From the NCBI RefSeq assembly GCF_964194025.1, contig NC_134480.1, positions 13,826,001-13,890,000 of the forward strand: a stretch of DNA of 64,000 nt, in the 5' to 3' direction. Source of the stretch: Convolutriloba macropyga. Its lineage: Eukaryota. Numbering within the stretch: the stretch's first letter is position 1; each line of letters begins with the position of its first letter. Below are positions 25,100 through 34,253 of the stretch, one piece after another. The position numbers were made by a program, and so were the translations under genes. The notes under the pieces were generated by a model, which saw only the letters and a program-made list of their open reading frames with translations, did not search any database and was not told the origin of the DNA.

Positions 25100-27697
25100 G
25101 GTTCTACTTCTCTTCACCCACATAATTTAACGCCGTATATATTCACCTCTCAGTAATTTAACCCCGCAATTTATTGAACCCGAAATCAGTATAACACAGA
25201 AATCTTTATTTATCTGTTTCTGCAACCTAAAGAACGACTAGCAAAGCTAAAGTTCAAAGGACGTTAATAGCGAAGAACTGCCGACCTTCAGGAGCGCGGC
25301 ATTGATCAGCTTGAGTTTGTTTGAAATCGCAGAATAATGACGAGACTGGTTTTTAAAGCAATGCTATTGATCAAAGAAGAACACTTGACAAATTGACAAG
25401 TCTGATCTCATTTATGTTGCACTTTGATATGAGTCAGAAAAAAATCAAAAAATGTCCTAGTATTGAAGACGGAAAACTGGTACTTTTCAAATGAAAGGAT
25501 GTAACCTAAATATTAAAACCTACTTACTGAGAAGGCATAAAATAGAAATACAAAAGTAAATTTAACCGTGTTTTTAATAGAATTCTCATAGACAAATCAA
25601 TGTTTTTGCTTGCAGCTTTGCTGTGCAAGTTTTATATCTAAATGTTGCAAAACTGTAATCCCAATTAGGGGTCCCATCATAGGGTTAACAACTGGGATCA
25701 AAATCCCTAATGAGTCACAATACAAGGGTTTGGCGTAACTCTGCGAAAGCGCAAGAAGGGCGCCTACTCAAAAACACATACAAACACACATACAAAAACA
25801 CACACACATAAAAAAAACATTTTAATTGCACAACTAAGTGAAACTGGTATTAGCCCGGAAAAAATGAACATCGGTTTCATCGCTGAGTAAGCCTTGTATC
25901 CTATAATGCCAGCCCTCAACAGCATTAGTTTTTCTGGCAATTCTTTTAACGGCGGCGTCTCTTTGATTCCACTTTTGTGGAGGATATAGGAGGACGATAC
26001 AATAGTGGAAACTTGATAGAACTTGATTGGATATGTAAACAAAGCTCGTCTTTTTTCTCAATCACTAAGCTATCTATATGCTCTTGATCCGTCACATTAG
26101 TTATTTCAACTACAATCAATTCAAAAGATTTTTTTAATATTTCCTCATTTTTTTGAAAGCTAGAGCGCGGATTATATTAAGTAGCGGTGCCACTTCATGA
26201 CTTCTTGACAACAGTTTTAAAAGTTCAAAATCTCCAAATTTCCTAAAAATCTTTTGGTTCTAATGGAAATAGCATCCCGATATTATTGAAGCTGGATGGT
26301 GTTATTGAAACGCATTAATTAGGGCAGTTTCAAAATCTAACAGAAATCTTATCGCGCTTGCTTACAGTCGGACGCAAAGTTTTCTTAGGCATCAAGTAAT
26401 CGGCTCTATGTTTGCTCCATTTGGTTTGGAAGGAGGGCATACAAACAGGCAGGAGCATTAAAAAACGAGAATATATACATGAAGGGTAGAAATTTGTTAG
26501 AAATCTTGAGTGATAAATTAAGTGTTCATCCGCAAGCCAAAACCGCGAATCTCCGAGAACCGATGTCATATACGGATCACCAAGTTTAAAATACGCTCAT
26601 ATTTTCCATCGTCAAACCAGAAATCTCTTGATACGTGTCGGGTATATCAAAATACTGTTCCGACGGTTCAAGAATTGACACTGTTTGCATGTTCTTTCTT
26701 AAACGCTGCGATGTTTGTATTAAAACTGGTTTTAACGGCAACGCATACTGCGTTGAGAGAACGTCACTTGCTGGTAAAATTGTGGAAGCTTCGGCTCCTG
26801 CGGGCGTTTTGTTTTCACTCAGGAATTTGACTTCTCTTCTAACTTTTCGTATGGCTGGCTTACCAATGGAAGCATTATGATTGTGCTCACCGTGTACGCG
26901 AAAAAGTTGGCCATCTTGCGTAAATGTGGAAACGTTTGCATACAATGTTTGCATTTTCTTTATCAAACGCTGCATTGTTTGTATTAAATTTGGTCTCGAC
27001 GGCAACATATACTGGGTCGAGAGGACATCAGTTACTGGTAAAATTGCGGAATATACGGCTGCTGCGGGCACTAGATCTTCACTCAGGACTTTGATCTTTT
27101 TTATACATTTTTGTGTGGCCGGCTTACCAATAGAAGCATTATGATTGTGCTCACCGTGTACGCGAATAAGTTGGCCATCTTGCGTAAAGGCGGAAACGCG
27201 GCATTGTAATTTTGATATTTTGAGCAATTCCAGGCAGTGGTGAACTGATTTGTTCTTTTAGGATAAAACTCCTGGCCCTCTACAACCTATTTTTTTGGAT
27301 TTGGAAGAAATGGTAAATTCAAAGTCGGCAGTTATCATGCTGATTTCAAAATGCAATGAAACAAGAAATGTTGAGCTCCACTCTTTTTTCAATTGTTTTT
27401 AATTATAGCTTTGCTTTAAACTATTGAGTCGTTAGCTCTACATCCCTGACAATAATGATCCTCGATTTTGCGGATTAAAATTGGGGTGAAATGATTGAGG
27501 TGTGAAAAGCATATTAACACCTCAATCATTTCACCCCTATTTTAACCTCTGTTAATTAGACTGAATAGAATTGATTGAGGCCTAAGTTTCCTCAATTATA
27601 GGAAGCTTAAAATGGGGGTGAAACAATAGAGGGATTAAGAAATTGAGGGGTTATATGATATAGGGGTTTAAAATTCGGGGTGAAAAAACAGGACTCC
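25100..27697 (-). mobile_element. Decayed Mutator-like (MULE) DNA transposon with degenerate long TIRs and a 9-bp TSD
   Basis: Flanks AATTTCTAC (25091-25099) and ATTTTCTAC (27698-27706). TIR subrepeats (ttcaccc/ggggtgaa) at ~25100-25190 and ~27480-27697. Contains transposase remnants. Confidence 0.85.
25880..27338 (-). pseudogene. FLYWCH zinc finger + MULE DDE transposase pseudogene
   Basis: Across frameshifts and stops: EFYPK..AWNCSK..CRV..HGEHNH (FLYWCH), RFWLAD, ACLYALLPN, FLLDFETALINAF, SGCYFH, LYPPQKWN, KTNAVEGWH. Confidence 0.9.
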
Positions 27698-27912
27698 ATT
27701 TTCTACATAGGCGAGTACGTAGACATGAAATTAAATAATTGTGTCGGTATTAAAAATGCTCATGAAAGATGGGATTTTCTGTTTTTTTATTATATAGTTT
27801 TGCAGAATGAAAACAACTGAACAACAATACACGGCGTTTTTCTCTGCTTCCATTATATTCATAACCGATTTTTTTCTGTGCAGTACTTCACCACCTTCAC
27901 TTCCGAAGAAAG

Positions 27913-30900
27913 ATGTCTTCGGATAACTTTACGACGTATCGCACCAAAGCGAGTAATCTAGAATCGAAGCTGAACAGTAAAATGGCTCCAGCCATCCAGG
28001 AGCAGCAATTGGACGATGCGTATGGATTCTACCGCAAAGCAGCAGAAAGTGCCAGAAATGGCGATGACCTTCAAAGTACGCTGAAAGATGTTCAGAGAGT
28101 ACTAATAGAGAAGATGAAATTCTACAGGAATTGCTTAAGATTTTCTTTAAGTTTTCGCTTAACATTTTTTCATTTCTTGAATCAAACAGCGGCAAAATTG
28201 CTCAATATTTATTAGGTCTTTTTATTAGGTTTTTATTAAGTTTTGTCTAGAAAAGTTTAACAAAATGTCGTTGCTGCTTGTGTTAAAACTGTTAAATACT
28301 TTGATTTTTTTTGAATAGCGCTAAAAATTAATATTTGCTAGTTTTTAAGTCATATAAGTTCCCGGTCGAGGTGTCACCGCTAAAAATCGCTAAAAGATGT
28401 AAGATTTGCAGTGAATTTGAGGAAACAGTGTAAGCTTTGCGCTCAATGCGTTGAATTCGGTGAAAAAACTTTTAATTGGTGAATAAATTTTTTCAACGCT
28501 TAAGCGGTGAAAAAAAATTCACCGCTACCAGCAGAATGCGGTGAAAAAAAATTTCACCGTTACCAGCAGAATGCAGTGAAAAAAATATTTTCATCGCTAC
28601 CAGCAGAATGCGCTGAAAAAAAATTGCAAATCTTTTTAATATTTGCCGCTATTTTCAACGCTTGTCTTAAATTCACAGGAAATATCATTAATGTATGTGA
28701 GAGATTGCGTAGTGGAATAAAAAGTTGTAGACATGCAGGAGGTGCGAGGTTCGAAACCGTGTACGGTAGTTTTTTTTGTAAGGAATGCGGTGAAAAAATT
28801 ATTTCACCGCAAATCTTACAAAAATTCACCGCATTCAACGCTAAAATATGCGGGCACTTTGCGGTGAAAAAAGTTTTTTTTCACCGCTATTCACCGCTAA
28901 TCTTACATTATTTTTTGACCAAACCTCGACCCGGGTTGGTTATAACCTGAAAACCAAAGTAAAATGACTTCTCGGGTCAACAAATTATTGCACATATTTG
29001 CACGAAAATGCCTGAAGTCGCTGAATTTTCACAATGTATCTCATTCAGCGATTATTATAGAAAATTAAATATTATTTCTTTAGCTCATATTTATTTTTAA
29101 CTCAGCGCTGAGAATAAACCTGTACTCGCATTATCATCAAGGCGATAGCTGATTATAAAGATTCATTCGATTAAATAATTTTGTTCGGTTGAAGTTGATA
29201 TTTTATAAATATGCACACTGAAAAAGGGATAATCGCCAAATTGGCCGGCAGTGTTTTAGCCGAAAACTTAAAAAATGGTATCCGAGCCGACAACCCACCG
29301 GCACACCATTTTTAATGCTCGGACGAAATAGGGATGTTTCGAGCGGTACACGCAAAGGAAGCCGAAGTAAAAGTAAGCCGACAGAAAAGCAAGCTGAAAG
29401 TTATGCAATAGTTACGTAATCTATCAGAAATAATACATTGTTAGCCGTTGAAATTAAAACTGCGCGTAGTATTACAGTGCATAATGTATTCCAATGCACC
29501 AAAGAAACAAAAATACGTCAATTTTTAGACATCTAGTGGGTGGTGTTAGGACAATAGATCGAAAAACAACAGATCGAAATCAAAAACTGGGACAATAGTA
29601 GATCGAAAATTAAATTGTTTAAGATGCGTTTTGGCCAATCATATTTGAGTGCTCATTTATTATACAGCATATAACAAGTTCTGTTGCGATATTTTGTTCG
29701 GTTGTGATGGATTAATATCAAGTCCCATGGTCCGCTAAGGCATGGCTATGGCTCGCGAGGCATGGTCAGAATGTGGTAATTATTGCAGCTGGCAGATAAT
29801 GCTCAGTTTCAACCAATAAGAATAGAGATTGATTTTCGATCTATTGTCCCAAGTTTTTGTTTTCGATCGGTTGTCCTTTCCATCTATTGTCCGGTCACCC
29901 TAGTGGGTAAGGGCCTCGGCAGACCGCTGTCCATGGCCATGCCTCTCATCCGCTGTTGGATGTAATCCCGAAACCACGGGCCGCGGCAAAGCCGCGACGC
30001 GCGCAAAGCGCGCTCACCCGCCCGCCAGGAGCAACTTAAAATACGGGTATCCCAAAATACGGATTACTTGACCTCATTTTCAAAATAGGCTTGCTTGCCT
30101 ATCAGCTTACTTGACCACCACCGTTTCGACCGGTCTGATTTTTCGACTAATCAGAGTTAACCTTGCGGGTAAATTTCTCATTTCTTCATGTCGGCTGAAA
30201 CCCACGTCGGCCAATAGTGCCACCAAAGAAAAATTGATTAAAAATTTCAAAAAAACAGTTCCTCTTAATAGAAAAAATCCCCAATACTGTACCAACTACT
30301 GGCAAGCCGTTAGTAAACTAATTGAAGATATATCGTATCTTCACAGTCGATTACGTTTCAAAACTGGCAGCAATCAAAAAGCCGATTTTGGAAAAATTCC
30401 AGAAGAAATTGACCGGATTCTGGACGACGTCGAAAAGCATATGTGGAGTAACATAGACCCGTACGAAGCTTCATGTTTAATGTTTGGCTCATTTGCCCAA
30501 GGAGCCGACAAAAACGCCATGGGTTTCAAACTATTCGCCAATTACAAATATGCGGACTATCTTTTCAAAGAGGGTGTGAAAAGTTTGGAAAATGATGAAA
30601 TGTTATTAAACGCTAGGAAGGTGTTCAAAGAGGCGTACACGCCTCTAGAAGCTGGTCAGTATATAATCGACAGGAGTAAAAGAGTCGAAGGGATATTTGA
30701 GAACGAGAAGAAATGGCTGGGAAAATGGGAGAAAGAGTTCGAGATTAAAAGGAATGAGGTTCTTATGGAGTCTAAAAGAACGGATGCAAAAATTTTGCTT
30801 CAAGAAAGGATTTTTCTGATGCGAAAATTTATGAATGACTCTTTAAGCTAACTAAATCAGGAATTCCTGAAACAAATGGAAAACCGAACTTTTTGACGAG

Positions 30901-33900
30901 TGCAAACCCCCCCCAGCTTTGTCGGTTGATATGGTCATATGAGTTGCAATCCCGAGCGCCTTCACCTTTGTAGAATTTTTCGTAATAATAATAATAATAA
31001 TAATAATATAAATATTTTTAATAATAATAATAATAATATAAAGGCACGTGCTTTGTAACTGGGCATCCATTACGCACTGGAATTAGGGGGGGAGGGGGCG
31101 TACTTTTTTGAATAAAAAGTATACTGCGGTTACAAAATTGACTGCGACCCTTTAGTACCAAACAAAACTTTTCTGTTCTGGTATGTTAAGAAAATATGCT
31201 GCTGAATAATAACACTATACACAAATTGTTTGAATCAGAAAAATCCTTTCAACTTAGGAAGCTGAGAAACAACATTTGGACGCGATTACAAATAAAGAGG
31301 TATTTGGTCTTGAGGATGCAATAGACATTTATGACTTGTACCATCAGGTACTCACAATCGCGAGGGATTTCGATATTGAAATTGAAGCCCATGTCTGCTG
31401 CAAAATGGGAGTTTATCATTACAAGATTCTACATTTCCCGGACAGGTATGTATTTCCCGAATTTCCATTACTTCTATTTCTACTAATTTTTGTACAAGAA
31501 TTTCTTGGAATAGAAAAATTACTATAAAAATGATTGATCTGAAATATACAAATGAGTCGTGACAATTAAAAGTTGTAAAACAATTAAAAGTTAGAGCAAA
31601 CTGATCTATATTGCAGTTTTATTCTAAACTGAAGACCCGACTGTGTGGGTGTTTCAGAAAATAACGAGAATTGCCGATTACATAGGCTGCCTTTTGGGAG
31701 GAGCTATTGGTACATTTTGTAATGACATCGTATCAAGTCTGGTCTCAACAAAAAGAAATATAGCTTTTCAACAGTTTTGCTTTTAGTCTAGCTCAGTCAA
31801 AGTCTGTAGTCACCAATCGTTGCTCAGTTACAATGGTGCTTGTGCGAGCACCTTAAAAACAACCACTGAAAACCAGACAGAATCGTTGGCTGTCAGATAA
31901 AAAAAGTTCAATGAAAAGGGCGAAAACCCGGTTGTGCAGGTTTGTTGCGCTAAAGTGAAAACCTGATTGTGCGGGTTCAAATGCAGCTATGTTGTTATAT
32001 CAATTACTGATTAATTTTGCTATATGTAATCATGATTCAGTTATCAACATTAACCGAGTGTTTCATAACCAACAAGTATTTTCAATAGACAGTCTGTTCC
32101 TTGAACTATAGATCTTTTGTAGTTAAGACGCTTACATCAATAGCAAAATTTGTATCTACAAATATGTACCACTTCTGAGTCTTTTTCTTTCAAATTTTGC
32201 TTTGAGAAAAACGAAAATCATTTCTTCCAAAAATATACCGAGCAAAAATGTTAATTTAGGAAAAAAGAATAGTGTATAACCGTAGCGTAGATGTTGTTTA
32301 TAGGGCAATGAAATGTTAGATAAATTGTAGTTAGTCTCCTAATCTACTACTTATTGTCAGCTTGGATAAAAACACAAATAAAAAACAGAAACAGGAAAAC
32401 AAATTATATAGCAGATTGACTAGTTTTAGAGAACATAAAAAAATTAACTTCGGTAAAATTATAAATTGCACAAAATACTCTCAATTTGATAGTCAAACCA
32501 ACAATTGTCTATAGGCATGTACCTATTATTATCAGTGAAAAAGGTTATGTTATCGCAACACGAAACGTATGGTTGACCTTTATGCAGAAACTATGTGTTT
32601 TGTCACTATCACCTGACTACTGACATTCAGTTTGTGTGGTACTTGCTACCTAATTATCATTTAAAAAGAATGGACTCACAGAAAATTATTATTTAGAGAA
32701 CAAAAGTCTAATAAAACATTTTACATCATTAGCTGGAGGTCACTGGATGCGACCTTTTTCAGTGCCCTTTTGTGACCTTTTTTCAGAGCTTAACATTTCA
32801 TTCACACTTGGTTTTAACAGAATGAACTCTTGAAATGACCATTGAACTATTTTGTGAAAACGCTAATTCAATTACGTTATCAAGTAGTTTTCCTTAACTT
32901 TTTTTAGTATGTAGTTATTGGTTTTCAAATGCACCTCAATTTCGACAAAAATTCAATTCAGCGACGTTTTAGACATATATGGCTGATCTCAATAATTTAT
33001 TTACTCATTATTTGAGGTCTTTGTCTTTTTGCAAGAATCTTGCAAGATAACCGTTCATCTTGCAAGATCTTGCAAGATAACCATACATCTTGCAAGATCT
33101 TGCAAGATAACCCTTTTTCGCAAGATTCTTACAAGATCTTGCAAGATAGACCATCCGGTCTCGCCTGGGGTAACAAACATATTTATCAGCAAAAATGTAT
33201 TTGTTCTCAAATATGATACGAAAGATAATAATTATTTTGAGAACTCAAATTTTCAGTCTTTTTTTAATACGAAGGTACAAAAAACAGCTGAAATCATGGG
33301 GCTAGTTTGGTGACATACAAATTATTGATAAAAATATTTACATAACCTAAACCTAAAGTATGTTTTCAGAGAAAAAAATTTGTTCAAAGATCGATATAAG
33401 TTAGCTATGACTTGCAAAAATTAAAAGAATGACCAACTCTCGAAACTTCTCTTTTGGAATCATTTTTTGGGTAAAATAGGAGATCCATTTTGGCATTTCA
33501 ATTAGGACTTTAAGACACAATATTGTAAAGCACAATGAAGTTGAAATATTCACTTTTACCAGCAAAGAAAAGGCGCGGAAACTGTTCCAGAGATCAATTC
33601 AATTGGCACTCAGCTTGAGTCCGAAAAACGTCACAAAAGAAGATTGGTATAAAACAGCCGAAAACCATGCCAGGGAATTACAGAAACAGCAGCAGAAAGC
33701 CGAACATGTGGAGAACTTGACAGAGCGTGAAAAATTCAGTGAAGAATTGCAAACCCTGAAAACGTTCTTGGAGAAAAACGTCGAATTTGATCACAACTTG
33801 AAAACAGAGCTGAACAATTTGTTTAATCAATACGAACCCAAGTGCAAATTTGACAGAGAAAGTTTTAATGAAATATCTTCTGACAAGGTTAGTGTACGTT

Positions 33901-34253
33901 CTTATTGTTATTTTTAGGGTTTTCGAGAAAAGTTTTTCTTGGGTTTTGCTAACTTTTCTCCCCTGAGCAATATTAGTGGGTTACATGTCTCTGATTACGT
34001 CACTGAGACCCTCTGGCGTTTATCGAGGATCGCAAAGCAGATATTGTGCCAGAATTTTGAAGTGACTTCTGCAGAGTCACGTAACACAGGTAAAAAAAAC
34101 GTAAAATGTAAGTTTAAAAGCGCCAGAAGTTCTCCGATGTCGACATCTGGCTTTGTATATACGAAAAGGCGGATATTTTCAATATTTTCCATTTGTGTCC
34201 CCCCAGTACGTTTTGAATCCCCAGTTGCAGAACAGGTGCCATTACATAGTTAA
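27913..34253 (+). CDS. Helical TPR-like protein with a C-terminal J-domain-like segment; exons 27913-28127, ~30155(or 30194/30218)-30803, 31258-31445, 33563-33887, 33918-~34253
   Basis: Five phase-compatible coding segments with TPR-like helices (LDDAYGFYRKAAESA, IYDLYHQVLTIARDFDIEIEAHVCCKMG, KEKARKLFQRSIQLALSL). Introns 3 and 4 are canonical GT-AG; intron 1 and 2 donors appear to be GA. The tail past ~34186 is MITE sequence, so the true stop is uncertain. Confidence 0.7.
28361..28935. mobile_element. MITE with CCCGG(G)TCGAGGT termini, TT flanks and GCGGTGAA/TTCACCGC subrepeats
   Basis: Left tt|cccggtcgaggt, right acctcgacccggg|tt. Internal B-box-like GGTTCGAAACC at ~28748. Degenerate inverted copy at ~48215-48480. 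Confidence 0.85.
29350..30122. repeat. Second copy of the 23190-23595 repeat, split by a nested MITE
   Basis: Homology resumes exactly after the 29542-29899 insert. Confidence 0.9.
29542..29899. mobile_element. MULE-type MITE (358 bp) with a perfect 9-bp TSD CTAGTGGGT
   Basis: TSD at 29533-29541 and 29900-29908; TIR GGTGTTAGGACAATAG / CTATTGTCCGGTCACC; empty site present in the paralogous repeat. Confidence 0.93.
30804..31257 (+). other. Putative non-canonical GA-AG intron (454 nt) with a perfect 17-bp terminal stem
   Basis: 5' GAAAGGATTTTTCTGAT (30804-30820) is the exact reverse complement of ATCAGAAAAATCCTTTC (31234-31250), followed by AACTTAG|. Junction gives ...DAKILLQ|EAEKQHL... Confidence 0.75.
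30983..31040. repeat. (AAT)n microsatellite, two blocks
   Basis: Directly visible. Confidence 0.9.
33028..33170. mobile_element. MITE right-arm remnant with CTTGCAAG 30-bp repeats ending CCTGGGG|TA
   Basis: Tandem tcttgcaagatcttgcaagataacc units; related remnants at 17430-17470, 45090-45140 and 61062-61298. Confidence 0.7.
33888..33917 (+). other. 30-nt GT-AG micro-intron
   Basis: AAG|GTTAGTGTACGTTCTTATTGTTATTTTTAG|GGT. Removes an in-frame TAG and joins ORF 33603.. to ORF 33939.. in frame. Confidence 0.65.

Noticed and set aside
28507-28950. 147-aa ORF
   Set aside because: Translation of MITE subrepeats.
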